DNA of 64,000 nucleotides. Source: Pirellulales bacterium. GTDB lineage: Bacteria; Planctomycetota; Planctomycetia; Pirellulales; JAICIG01. A program made the position numbers and the translations under genes. This document shows, piece by piece, positions 8,207 through 17,801 of this stretch (position 1 is the stretch's first letter; each line of letters opens with the position of its first letter). The DNA is taken from the NCBI GenBank assembly GCA_040901675.1, contig JBBDYJ010000031.1:185220-249219 (forward strand). Reading direction: 5' to 3'. A model generated the notes under the pieces. It worked only from the letters and a program-made list of their open reading frames with translations. It was not told the DNA's origin and ran no database searches.

Positions 8207-9265
8207 TCACTTCGGGTCGGTGGGGGGAGTTGCCAGGGCCTGTTCGAGAAAGGCGGCCTGCAGTGGGGTGAGCTGGTCGATCGCCTGGCGCTCGACCAGC
8301 GTGGTGGCATCCACTAGCGCGGCGGGGCGCCTGCCCTGCTCGTCCGCCGCTTCGGCGGCGAAGGTCACGCCAAGCAACGAGGCTCCGGCCAGGTTCGCAT
8401 GGCGCAGGTCGGCTCCCATAAAGTTGGCGCCTTCGACATCGGCGCCGGCCAGCGAAGCACTGCGCAGGTCGGCCCCTTCGAAATGGGCGTTCGATAAGTT
8501 GGCTCCCTCGAAGCACGCTCCGCGCAGCCGGCAGCCGCGAAAATCGGCGTCGCGGAGCTTTGTCCCACGGGCATCCAGCCGTTCCAGGTCGTGGCCGCGG
8601 GCGTCGATGCTTCGCAGGTCTTTCCCGGCGAAATCTCGTTCGCCCAGCGCTTTGGCCATTTGGAGCTTGTTGAGACCGGGAGCCATGTAGCGCTGTTCGC
8701 GCCAGGGGTCCGCCCTGTTGTGGTATCCGGCAGCGCTTTCCCAATAGCCGAGCCGATCGGATTCGAGCAGCTCGATGCGCTCCAGCCATTTCAGGCTCTT
8801 GTAAAAATAGCGGCCGGGCACCACCATCCGCACCGGTCCGCCATGCAGCTCGCTCAAGGGCTTTCCTTCGGCCTCGAGCGCCACCAGCGCGCCTAGTTCG
8901 AGCGCCTCGGCCAGCGGCAGCGACGTGCTGTGGCCGCGGCTGCTGCGGGCGACGAACGAAACGAACCCGGCCGAGGGCAGCGGCGTCAGCGGCGCCAACA
9001 AGGCAGCCAGCGAAACCCCGCGGAACGGCACTGCCAGCTTCGACCAGCGCGTCACGCAGTGAATGTCGATGCACGCTTCGAGCTGCGGCATCTCGCCCAG
9101 TTCGTCGAGGGTGAACTGGCGCGGTGCGGCCAGCAGCCCTTCGGCGGCGACGGTCCAGCGTGCTGGACTGGGGTGCGACGGTTCACGCTCGCCGACGAGC
9201 GGCCACTTGCCGCGGGCCACGAGCTGCTGACCGGCAGGGAGCTGGATGTCGAGAGGATGAGGCAT
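8207..9265 (-). CDS. Molybdopterin-dependent oxidoreductase (sulfite oxidase/MsrP-like domain) fused to pentapeptide repeats
   Basis: DIHCVTRWS, HGGPVRMVVPGRYFYKSLKWL, GYWE, then A(D/N)L/F pentapeptides. Confidence 0.85.
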   Translation of the reverse strand: MPHPLDIQLPAGQQLVARGKWPLVGEREPSHPSPARWTVAAEGLLAAPRQFTLDELGEMPQLEACIDIHCVTRWSKLAVPFRGVSLAALLAPLTPLPSAGFVSFVARSSRGHSTSLPLAEALELGALVALEAEGKPLSELHGGPVRMVVPGRYFYKSLKWLERIELLESDRLGYWESAAGYHNRADPWREQRYMAPGLNKLQMAKALGERDFAGKDLRSIDARGHDLERLDARGTKLRDADFRGCRLRGACFEGANLSNAHFEGADLRSASLAGADVEGANFMGADLRHANLAGASLLGVTFAAEAADEQGRRPAALVDATTLVERQAIDQLTPLQAAFLEQALATPPTDPK

Positions 9266-9349
9266 GCTGACATTCACTGGGCGGTTGCGACGATTATAAC
9301 CCGGGCTACCATGGAAGTTCGGCTCGTTCAAGGCCACGAGGAAGCGCGC

Positions 9350-9919
9350 ATGGCGTCGATCCAGTTTGGCTGCCCCCTCTGCGGAGCCATCGCCCAGATC
9401 GACGGTTCGATGGCCGGCCGACAGACCAACTGCCCCGGATGCGGCGCCGGCGTGCTCGTGCCCGCCGCCGGACAATCGGCGGCCGCCGGCCCGCCTCCCA
9501 TCATCGAACGGCCGCCGCGGCCCGGCCGTCCTCTGCCGCCGGCGCCACCGGGTACGATGGCCGGACAACCGCCGCTGGTCTCAGGGCCTCCCCCCGTGGC
9601 AGTCAGCCGGCCTCCGCCTGCCGCCGGCCCACCGCCTGCGATCGAGCCGCCGCCTGCCGTCGAGCCGGAAGGTGCCGATGTGCCAACCGCGCCCGGCCGG
9701 CTACCCGATCCAGCAGCCGCCCCGGGCACACCGGCGCCGGAGGAGCCTGCGGACGGCTCTTCCCGCCGCACTCAGTCGCCCGCGCATCCCGGTGCGGTGC
9801 GCAGGCTCACGCCTGAAGAACGGGCGCTGCGGCGTTTCCGCCGTAACATCGTGATGGCCTCGCTGGGCTTGGCCATTCTGATGATCGCGTTGGCCGTGCT
9901 GCTGCGCTTGAGCGGATAA
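9350..9919 (+). CDS. Zn-ribbon, Pro-rich protein with C-terminal membrane anchor
   Basis: CPLC..CPGC, Pro-rich linker, C-terminal hydrophobic helix. Confidence 0.75.
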   Translation: MASIQFGCPLCGAIAQIDGSMAGRQTNCPGCGAGVLVPAAGQSAAAGPPPIIERPPRPGRPLPPAPPGTMAGQPPLVSGPPPVAVSRPPPAAGPPPAIEPPPAVEPEGADVPTAPGRLPDPAAAPGTPAPEEPADGSSRRTQSPAHPGAVRRLTPEERALRRFRRNIVMASLGLAILMIALAVLLRLSG

Positions 9920-9932
9920 TTTGCGAAGCACA

Positions 9933-9988
9933 CTGGGGCACGCTACGACTCGACTGAGCTCGCCGAAGTCCGCTTTGCCCCAGCCACC
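9933..9988 (-). repeat. REP-like hairpin (ggtggctggggcaaagcg..gcgtgccccag) with a 25-bp hairpin in its loop
   Basis: Arms identical to the element at 60627-60659. The loop holds a sequence identical to 2222-2246. Confidence 0.85.
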
Positions 9989-10031
9989 CGGGGACCGGCA
10001 CTCGGGGTCCTGTTGTCTTCACTGTCCCTGG

Positions 10032-11705
10032 TTAGGACCAGCGCGGCTCGAGCTCGTCGTTCTTCTTGGGGCCGCGGCCGGAAATGGCGCGGATATCGTC
10101 CCTGACGCGGAAAAAGGCCTCCACCACGCGCGGATCCCACTGTTGGCCGGCGCCGGCCCGAATGATGGCGTCGAGCTTGAAGTCTTCCATCCCGGCCCGG
10201 TAGGGCCGGTCGCTGGCCATCGCGTCGTAAGCGTCGGCGACCGCCACGATCCGCGCCAGGTAGGGAATGTTCTCGCCGGCCAGCCCGTAGGGATAGCCGC
10301 GGCCATCGTACGACTCGTGGTGGTGCAGCACCACGGGGAGCATGTGAGCCAGCTTGCGGACGTCGACCAGGATGCGGTAGCCGATCTCGACGTGCGTCTT
10401 GATGTGCTCGAACTCCGCATCGGTCAGCTTGCCCGGCTTGCGGAGCACTTCGTCGTTGATGCCGATCTTGCCGATGTCGTGCAAGAGGCCGCTGAAATAA
10501 AGGGTCTTGAGCGTCTCGGCGTCGCAGCCTAAATCCTGGGCCAACCGCACCGCCACGCGTGCCACGCGATCGCTATGGCCGCGGGTATAAGGGTCCTTGG
10601 CGTCGATGGCCGAGGTCATGGCCCGCACGAGGCCGGTGAGCAGCTCGGCCTGCTGGCGGTACAGGTCGATGTTGCCGCTGTGAATGCCGAGCATCGTGCC
10701 GACGGAGCTCAGCAGGCTGGCCTCGGCGGTGCCGAACTCGGCGGCGTGCACCTGGTTGAAGGCGGCCAGCCATCCGAACAGCCGGTCGCCTTCGGCCACC
10801 GGCACGATGACCAGCTCGCGGACGGCGGGCGTGGCCCAGCCCGGCTCGGCGGTCGCCGAGCGGTTGATGACCAAGGGGCGGCTGGAGGGGCTGAGTCCCA
10901 AATGCTCGACGAGTTGGCTGAACTGCTCAATGGCCAGGGGGCAGCTTCCGTGCGTCAGCAGCACCGGCTCCTTGCGCGAGTCGGACGTGAGCAAGTCGGG
11001 TTCGGAATTGGCGATGAACTGAAGCGCCAGCCCTTCGGCCGGTACGACCTCGGCCAGCCATGCCAGGGCGCGTTGGCCCAGTTCTTCGTCGTTGCTGGAG
11101 AGCTTGAGATTCTGCGTCAGCCGGTAGAGGAGGCTGATTTCTTCATACGTGGTGCCGAGGTGGACCGAGAGCTGCTCCACCTCCTGCCCGAGCTGTTCGA
11201 TCGTCTGGTCGGCGGCGAGCTTGGCAGCGGCCAGCGGTGCGATCCGGCGGAGGGTGTCGGCCGACAACGGCGTCTGGCGAGCGGCCCAATGCTGTGCCTG
11301 CGGCGGCTGCATGCCGCTTGCTTCGGCCAGGCGGTCGAGATCGTCGGTTCCGGCCGGGCGCGTGATAAAGCAGCCCACGGCGACCAGGCACTCTTCCAGC
11401 TTCCCCACCAGGGGAATGGCCAGGGCCAGCCAGGGATCGTTGTCCTCGATGAATTCGGGCCGTCCGCGGCGGGCCACCTCACGGCAAAGCTCGGACCGCA
11501 CGGCCCAGTTGGCCGGCGCGTGATCGGGTGCCACGTGCAGTAGCTCGCCGGTCAAGCCGTCGACCAGCGAGAACTCACTCCCGAACCATTGGGTCAGACC
11601 GGCAACGGTGCGTTGAATGCGGCCGGGCTGGCGGTCGATATCGGCAGCCAGCCGGGCAGAAGCTGGCGCGATTGGTATCGAACCCACGGAAGCGCTGGAA
11701 GGCAT
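10032..11705 (-). CDS. GAF + HD-GYP c-di-GMP phosphodiesterase
   Basis: RGHSDRV, LLHDIGK, HHESYDGRGYP, ADAYDAMASDRPYR. Start uncertain. Confidence 0.9.
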   Translation of the reverse strand: MPSSASVGSIPIAPASARLAADIDRQPGRIQRTVAGLTQWFGSEFSLVDGLTGELLHVAPDHAPANWAVRSELCREVARRGRPEFIEDNDPWLALAIPLVGKLEECLVAVGCFITRPAGTDDLDRLAEASGMQPPQAQHWAARQTPLSADTLRRIAPLAAAKLAADQTIEQLGQEVEQLSVHLGTTYEEISLLYRLTQNLKLSSNDEELGQRALAWLAEVVPAEGLALQFIANSEPDLLTSDSRKEPVLLTHGSCPLAIEQFSQLVEHLGLSPSSRPLVINRSATAEPGWATPAVRELVIVPVAEGDRLFGWLAAFNQVHAAEFGTAEASLLSSVGTMLGIHSGNIDLYRQQAELLTGLVRAMTSAIDAKDPYTRGHSDRVARVAVRLAQDLGCDAETLKTLYFSGLLHDIGKIGINDEVLRKPGKLTDAEFEHIKTHVEIGYRILVDVRKLAHMLPVVLHHHESYDGRGYPYGLAGENIPYLARIVAVADAYDAMASDRPYRAGMEDFKLDAIIRAGAGQQWDPRVVEAFFRVRDDIRAISGRGPKKNDELEPRWS

Positions 11706-11858
11706 GTCGCTTAACCGGCTCTGAAGCATGAGAAGCGTGGGAACGATATCCCTTGCCAACTCTAGGTCATCGGGCGCCGGGCTGCAAAAAGGCAGACGGC
11801 GCATGCGGCAGCGGTCCGCGCCGGTCGTAAGGGTCGTGAGGGGTAGGCAGCGGGCGTG

Positions 11859-12887
11859 CTAGCCGCGCTGCCGATTGCGATAGCGGGCACTGACTCGATC
11901 CAAGAGCGCGCGGTCGTCAGCCGATATCGCCTCGATCCCTCCCTGGTGCAAACGGGCCAGCACGTCGTCGACCCGCCGCTCTTCGTCGGCTTCGATCTGC
12001 TGCTGCCTTAACAGCCGCGTGGCACGCCGGGAATCGAGCCACTTTCGGACCGGCCCCGGGCCCCGCTTCCTCGGGGGCGCAAGCGTCTTTTCCAGGCTCG
12101 TATAGCCTTGCGAAAAGTCGTAGCCGAAGGGCGCGTCTTCGGGATCCTGTTCGTGCAACCGCTCTCCCTCGTGCTTGGCGCTGAAGAACAGAAAAATGCC
12201 GATCAGCATCAGCGGCGCCATGGCGTACGCCTGATGATCCTTGGGGATCAGCCACGGCAGCACGCACAGCCCCACCGCCGTCACCATCGCTACCCGCGCA
12301 ACCACCACCACGCTGGTGCGGTAGCCATACCTGAACCACAGCAACGAACGCAGCACGCGGCCGCCGTCCAGCGGGTAGGCCGGCAGCAGGTTCACCAGCA
12401 GCAGCATCCAGTTGATCCAGAACACCAGCTCGGCCGCAGCCCACACCGAAGTCTGATCGGTCCAGGGCGGGGCGAACGGATGGATAAGTCGCAGCAGGTC
12501 GGTCTGCGCGCCGAATAGCAGCAGCAGCGGCAACGTCAGCAGGCACACGGTAAAGTTGACCAAGGGGCCGGCCAACGAAGTGGCCAGCTCGTTGAACGGT
12601 TCGTGCGACACGTTGACCTGGGCCAGACCCCCCAGCGGCCAGATCAGCACCTGGTCGGCGGTTCCACCGACTTTCCAGGCCGCGTAGCAGTGGCCGAACT
12701 CATGGGCCAGCACACTGAGAAACAACACCCCTGGGATGAGCAGGGCGTCCCAGAGCAGGTCCCCGTCCTGGTCCCGCGTGCTGGAATGGATGGCCAGGAC
12801 CACGAACAGCAAGAAGAAGACGTGCAGCCGGACCTGGACGCCGGCCCAACGCCCTAACGATAGGTTCCAGCTCAGCAGGTCGCGCAT
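11859..12887 (-). CDS. Site-2 protease (M50) family intramembrane metalloprotease
   Basis: HEFGH, AGPLVN, NLLPAYPLDGG and multiple TM helices. Confidence 0.92.
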   Translation of the reverse strand: MRDLLSWNLSLGRWAGVQVRLHVFFLLFVVLAIHSSTRDQDGDLLWDALLIPGVLFLSVLAHEFGHCYAAWKVGGTADQVLIWPLGGLAQVNVSHEPFNELATSLAGPLVNFTVCLLTLPLLLLFGAQTDLLRLIHPFAPPWTDQTSVWAAAELVFWINWMLLLVNLLPAYPLDGGRVLRSLLWFRYGYRTSVVVVARVAMVTAVGLCVLPWLIPKDHQAYAMAPLMLIGIFLFFSAKHEGERLHEQDPEDAPFGYDFSQGYTSLEKTLAPPRKRGPGPVRKWLDSRRATRLLRQQQIEADEERRVDDVLARLHQGGIEAISADDRALLDRVSARYRNRQRG

Positions 12888-13003
12888 GGCGCAAGCAGAC
12901 GGCCGGATAGCCGCTGGGAGGGTGCTTTGAGGATCACGTCGATGGGACTATCTTAACACCGGCCCTCCGGGCAGGCAATCAGATCGAACCCCCAAGGCGC
13001 GTC

Positions 13004-13525
13004 ATGCACGAACCGGAACTGCTGCTCGAAACGCCTCGCTTCCGGGTGCTGCGGCATTGGTACCGGACGAGCGATGGCGCCAGCCATTCGCGGGAAACCG
13101 TGGTGCACCCTGGCGCGGTGACGATTGTGCCCCTCTTGGGGGCCGACCGCGTCTGCCTGATCCGCAACTTCCGCCCCTCCGTGGGGCGGACGCTCGTGGA
13201 ACTGCCCGCCGGCACCCTGGAGCCGGCCGAGGATCCCGCCGCGGCTGCCCACCGCGAACTGCGGGAAGAAACGGGTTACCATGCCGGCACGATCGAGCTG
13301 TTGACCAGTTTCTACATGTCGCCTGGCATCCTCAGCGAACGGATGTTCGTCTTCCTGGCGACCGACCTGGCCGGCGGCCCCGCGCGGCTGGAATCGGGCG
13401 AGCAGATCGAGCCCTTGATTGTCGCCTGGCCGGAAGCGGTGGCCATGGCATTGGACGGCCGCATTGAGGATGCCAAGACGCTGGCCGCCTTGCTCTGGAT
13501 CGAGAGGAAGCGGCGCTCGACCTGA
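13004..13525 (+). CDS. NUDIX hydrolase (ADP-ribose pyrophosphatase-like)
   Basis: ELPAGTLEPAEDPAAAAHRELREETG Nudix box. Confidence 0.92.
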   Translation: MHEPELLLETPRFRVLRHWYRTSDGASHSRETVVHPGAVTIVPLLGADRVCLIRNFRPSVGRTLVELPAGTLEPAEDPAAAAHRELREETGYHAGTIELLTSFYMSPGILSERMFVFLATDLAGGPARLESGEQIEPLIVAWPEAVAMALDGRIEDAKTLAALLWIERKRRST

Positions 13526-13564
13526 TGCGGCCGCCGCCGGATGACAACGCTCGCCCCTCGGCGA

Positions 13565-13744
13565 TCAGTTGCCCATGCCGGCCCCGATCAGGTTGTCTCG
13601 GATGCCGCCGTACATGCCGCCCGTCTGGGCGCCTACCGCTCCAATCGAACCGATCACCGCGATCAGGATCAGAGCGAGCATGACCGCGTATTCCACGGCG
13701 GTGGCGGCCTCGGAACCTTGCAGGAAACGTTTTATTGATTCCAT
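13565..13744 (-). CDS. flp: Flp family type IVb pilin
   Basis: RFLQGSEAATAVEYAVMLALILIAVIGSI; RBS AGGAAGG upstream. Confidence 0.9.
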   Translation of the reverse strand: MESIKRFLQGSEAATAVEYAVMLALILIAVIGSIGAVGAQTGGMYGGIRDNLIGAGMGN

Positions 13745-13868
13745 GTTGGGCCTACCTTCCTGAAATCCCCAGCCCCCGTTACAGGTTGAAGAGAAAAGGT
13801 GTTTGAGCAAAAGTGTTTGAGCAAAAGTTGGTTTCGCACTGAAACCCTAGGTCACGCACCCCCGACTG

Positions 13869-14262
13869 TCAAATCGGCACTGAGGGCACTGAGGGCTTAA
13901 GTCGGGGCAGGTTCAAGCTTTCGTCGCCGATCCCGGGCGGTTGGGTCGAACGTAGGGGGCACCTGCCACCGCACGAGCCGGGAAGCCGCCGGGCCCTGCC
14001 ATGCCTCACCGGCACAACCGACACCGTCCGCACCAGCCCCTCGACCTGGAACGACTCTTCCGAGGCGGCCTGCATGCGCCCGTCGCTCAGGCGCCACAAG
14101 GCCAGCGGGACCCGCAGCGGCAGGACGGAGCCCTGGCCGGTCCATACCAGGGTGCGCGACAGCGGGGCGGGCGACTCTTCGCCCGACCAGATCAATACCT
14201 CCCCCGTGGCCGCCGGCACGAAGACGCAGTCGGTGGCGTCGATTGTCGCCGTCGAGGACGAC
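13869..14262 (-). pseudogene. Probable 3' remnant of a larger gene (no start or RBS, apparent frameshift)
   Basis: The frame is open back to the RidA stop. Protein-like text continues in a second frame (PAASRLVRWQVP). Confidence 0.4.
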
Positions 14263-14724
14263 TCATTTCAGCTCGAGGATCACCTCGACTTCGACGGCGA
14301 TGTTGCCGGGCAACGAGCCCATTCCCACCGCGCTGCGGGCGCCTACGCCGTGCTCTTCGCCGAAGACGTCGGAGAATAGCTCGCTGAATCCATTGATGAC
14401 GGCCGGCTGCTGGGTGAAGTCGGGCGTCGCGTTGACCATTCCCAGGGTCTTGACCACCCGGCGGACGCGGTCGAGGTTGCCCAGGCTGGCGCGCAGCGAA
14501 GCCAGGATCGCCAACCCCGTCTGGCGCGCCGCGTCGTAGCCGCCCTTGAGATCCAAGTCGTGGCCGACCCGTCCCACGATCATCGTGCCGTCGGCCTTGA
14601 GCGGCCCGTGCCCCGACACGTAAGCCATGTTCCCCGAGACGACCACCGGCTTGTAGACGCCGGCCGGTTTGGGGGGCGGGGGAAGCTGCAGACCAAGTTC
14701 TTTCAGGCGGCCCTCGGCGCTCAT
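14263..14724 (-). CDS. RidA/YjgF-like family protein
   Basis: YVSGHGP, VINGFSEL, GARSAVGMGSLPGNIAVEVE. Confidence 0.9.
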   Translation of the reverse strand: MSAEGRLKELGLQLPPPPKPAGVYKPVVVSGNMAYVSGHGPLKADGTMIVGRVGHDLDLKGGYDAARQTGLAILASLRASLGNLDRVRRVVKTLGMVNATPDFTQQPAVINGFSELFSDVFGEEHGVGARSAVGMGSLPGNIAVEVEVILELK

Positions 14725-14824
14725 GGACGGGCTCTCCGGAGTTGAGAAAACTACTGCCAATGAGCCGGCGATTTTAGTGGTCGACGCCGGGCGAGTCCAG
14801 CGGATTCGGATAGGAGTGGCCGGT

Positions 14825-15529
14825 TCACGGCTTTTGCGTTTCGACGCCGTACAGCTTCACGTCGTCCCAGTCGCCCGTATCGTCGAACGATCCCAGGCCG
14901 ACCCGGCCCCAGGTGAACGTCTTGTCGCGGGCGGTCATGACGGGAGTCTCCATGTCGTCGAAGTAGACGGCGATCGTCCCGTCGTCGACGCGCCGCACCA
15001 GCTTGACACGATGCCACTCGTCGTCCCAATCGGTGCCGGAGGAAGTCTTGATCGAGATCTTCCTGCGCGGCGCGCCGTTGACGATGAAGACCTGGTTGGC
15101 ATGGTCGTCGGTCTGCTTGCCCAGGTGCACGTAGTAGAAGTGCGACGGGTCCTGAAAGCCGAAGAACAAGCACATGTCGCGATGGCCATAGTCCTTCACC
15201 GTGCTGCGGAGCCGGGCCTCCAGCACCAGGTCGCCCAGGTGCAGATCGCGCACCAGGCTGAAGTTGAGCGGACTGCGCACCGGCGGCTGGTAGTCGCTTT
15301 GCTTGAACTGGCTGTACACCTTGCCCGCCTCCGATTCCACCACCTTCCAGGCCCGCTCGTCGCTGGGCTGCCAGCGCTGGGCGCCCTGCTCGAAATCGTC
15401 TTCGAACACCAGGGGATAATCGGCCTTGTCTTCTCGCGCGGCGCCAGGCCCCACCAGCAGCAGGGCCAGCAGGGCCGCCGCGAGCCCGCGCTGCCGGATC
15501 CGGCCATTTGTTCTCAATTCATCGCTCAT
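14825..15529 (-). CDS. Secreted hypothetical protein (predicted beta-sandwich/ConA-like)
   Basis: Signal peptide, [18 protein letters not shown]. Confidence 0.75.
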   Translation of the reverse strand: MSDELRTNGRIRQRGLAAALLALLLVGPGAAREDKADYPLVFEDDFEQGAQRWQPSDERAWKVVESEAGKVYSQFKQSDYQPPVRSPLNFSLVRDLHLGDLVLEARLRSTVKDYGHRDMCLFFGFQDPSHFYYVHLGKQTDDHANQVFIVNGAPRRKISIKTSSGTDWDDEWHRVKLVRRVDDGTIAVYFDDMETPVMTARDKTFTWGRVGLGSFDDTGDWDDVKLYGVETQKP

Positions 15530-15950
15530 CTTTGTGGATTCCCCCTTCTGCCGTCGCCTGCCTCCCGTACACTTCGGCCGGATCGAACACCCGCTCGGCG
15601 ATGGTCTTTAGTCCTCCCCCGCTCACCTGGCGGAAGAAGCAACTGCGATAACCCTGGTGACAGGCGGCACCGCCTCGCTGGTGGACTTTGAGCAGGATGG
15701 TGTCGCCGTCGCAGTCGACGAAGACGGCCCGCACCTCCTGGACGTGCCCGCTCTGTGCCCCCTTGCGCCAGGCCGCCTTGCGGCTGCGGCTGTAATAGAC
15801 CGCCTGGCCGCTGGCGAGAGTCTCGGCGTAGGTCTCGGCGTTCATGTAGGCCAGCATCAGCACTTCGCCCGTTTCGGCGTCCTGCGCGATTACGGGCACC
15901 AGCCCGTCGCCCTTGGAAAAATCGGGAATGTTCGCCCGTATATCCGACAT
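15519..15950 (-). CDS. hisI: Phosphoribosyl-AMP cyclohydrolase
   Basis: [32 protein letters not shown]. Confidence 0.95.
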   Translation of the reverse strand: MSDIRANIPDFSKGDGLVPVIAQDAETGEVLMLAYMNAETYAETLASGQAVYYSRSRKAAWRKGAQSGHVQEVRAVFVDCDGDTILLKVHQRGGAACHQGYRSCFFRQVSGGGLKTIAERVFDPAEVYGRQATAEGGIHKDER

Positions 15951-16245
15951 AGTCGCCGCACTCCGCCGCGTGGACCGTGGGGTAAACAATTTCGACAATA
16001 AGCCCGCGGCCTATCCGGCCGCAAGCCGATTTTGGCTTTTCAAGATTGCGGCAGCGCCACCGGGCACCCTGCACCGCCGCCCTCGACCCTTACGACCCTC
16101 CGCTCCGGCACATGCGGCGCCAATGGCTTGTCTGGCGGATGGCTCTAGTTCCGGCGGCCGGCCTCCGATGCTCAAGAAAAGGCGAGCGGCCCGGGCACTG
16201 GGCCTCCGCGCCGCGCTGGCTCGTCCGGTCCGAGGGTAGTCGCTC

Positions 16246-16908
16246 TTGAAACGCTCGCTCAGTGTCTTCTTGCCGGTATTCAATGGCCAGGCATGGCTCG
16301 CCAGGTTGGTCTGCGACCTGGTCGAGGTCGTGCCGGAGCTGACGCCCCGCTTCGACGTGGTGATGATCGACGACGCCTCGACCGATGCCACCTCGGAGGT
16401 CGCCTACGAGTTGGCCCTCAAATACCCGCAGGTGCACCTGGTCGTCCACCCCAGCCGCTGGGGCCGGCATGCCTCCATGCGAACCGGCCTGCTGCACAGC
16501 TCGGGCGAGATCGTGCTGTTCCGCGAAGCCGACGGAGCAGCCGGGCTCACCGGTCTTTCACAGCTTTGGCAATCGATCAGGGGGCACGACCTGGTGGTGA
16601 GTTATTCCGCCGCCGCCCTGGGCCGCATTCCAGCCTACCCCGGCAGTACGATTGCATCTGCCGCCGCGCGGCGCCCGGCCCTTCAGATAATCCGCCGCCG
16701 GGCATTGGAGGCCTGGCGACGGCTCGCCTCCGACGAGGACTGGTGCCGCTACTTCAACCGCGCCGGCTTCCGCTGCCTGCAGCTCGAAGCGGCACCGCCA
16801 TCCGGGCCTTCGCGGCTGCCTGGCCGACCGGCCGCGGTGGATCCGCCGTCGCGTCCCAAGCGTCCCAACTATCTTCAGCGCCTCAAGGCATTCACCTGGG
16901 GCGAATAG
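16246..16908 (+). CDS. Glycosyltransferase family 2-like protein
   Basis: LSVFLPVFN..IDDASTD; TTG start. Confidence 0.75.
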   Translation: MKRSLSVFLPVFNGQAWLARLVCDLVEVVPELTPRFDVVMIDDASTDATSEVAYELALKYPQVHLVVHPSRWGRHASMRTGLLHSSGEIVLFREADGAAGLTGLSQLWQSIRGHDLVVSYSAAALGRIPAYPGSTIASAAARRPALQIIRRRALEAWRRLASDEDWCRYFNRAGFRCLQLEAAPPSGPSRLPGRPAAVDPPSRPKRPNYLQRLKAFTWGE

Positions 16909-16937
16909 CCCTTGCGGGAAACGTCAAGCCCTGACTC

Positions 16938-17717
16938 TCATCCGGCATCGTGTACGAGCACGCCGGAGTAGTAGTACTTGTAGCCGGCCGGCGTCTCGAG
17001 CACCAAGGCTCCGTCGGGCGCGATGCCGCGGCAGATGCCTCGCACATCCTGGCTGCCGCTGCGCAGGCAGAGCGGCCGGCCATGCTGCAGGCAGAGCTGG
17101 TCGGCACGCCGGCCGAGCGACTCGGGATTGGCGGCCAATTGGCCTAGGGCCGACTCGAGGTGCCATAGCAAGGCGGCCAGCACCTCGGTCCGGTCCTGCA
17201 CGCTGCCGGTCAATTCAGCCAGAGTCGTGGCCGTTTCGGCCAGCTCCGGCGGCGCTTCGGCCAGCGCATTGTTCACGTTCAAGCCAATGCCAAGGATCTG
17301 GCGGCCGTCAGGCAACCCTTCCACCAGCACGCCGGCCAGCTTACGTCCGGCCACGAACACGTCGTTAGGCCAGTGCAGGCCCACCTGGCGCCCGGCCAAA
17401 GATTTAGCCACGGCATCGACAATCGCCACGGCGGCGGCCAGGGGAATCATCGCCTGGTACCGGGGGACAATGCCAGGTTCCTGCGGGTCGAACAGCAGCG
17501 TGCAGGCCAGGCCGCCGTCGCCGGTCCACCACCGGTTTTGCCCTCGGCCCCGGCCGGCGGTCTGCCGCTGGGCGACGATCAGGATCGGCAGCTCCGGCTC
17601 CCCCTCCAGGGCAATGGCCCGGGCGCGGTCGTTGGTCGAGGTCAGCGAATCGTGGTATTCGATGCTCCGGATCCAGCTTTGCCCGCGGAGCCGTTCAATA
17701 TCCAGCGAATCCGACAT
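16938..17717 (-). CDS. birA: Biotin-[acetyl-CoA-carboxylase] ligase (no HTH)
   Basis: STND, QTAGRGR, WPND, KLAGVL, GIGLNV. Confidence 0.93.
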   Translation of the reverse strand: MSDSLDIERLRGQSWIRSIEYHDSLTSTNDRARAIALEGEPELPILIVAQRQTAGRGRGQNRWWTGDGGLACTLLFDPQEPGIVPRYQAMIPLAAAVAIVDAVAKSLAGRQVGLHWPNDVFVAGRKLAGVLVEGLPDGRQILGIGLNVNNALAEAPPELAETATTLAELTGSVQDRTEVLAALLWHLESALGQLAANPESLGRRADQLCLQHGRPLCLRSGSQDVRGICRGIAPDGALVLETPAGYKYYYSGVLVHDAG

Positions 17718-17801
17718 GCGGTGCTATCGTACCCCGACGCCGTTCAAAGGCAACCGGCCTTGACGCCAGCCCGGGCGGCTGTTATTGAACGCGGGCCTCT
17801 A

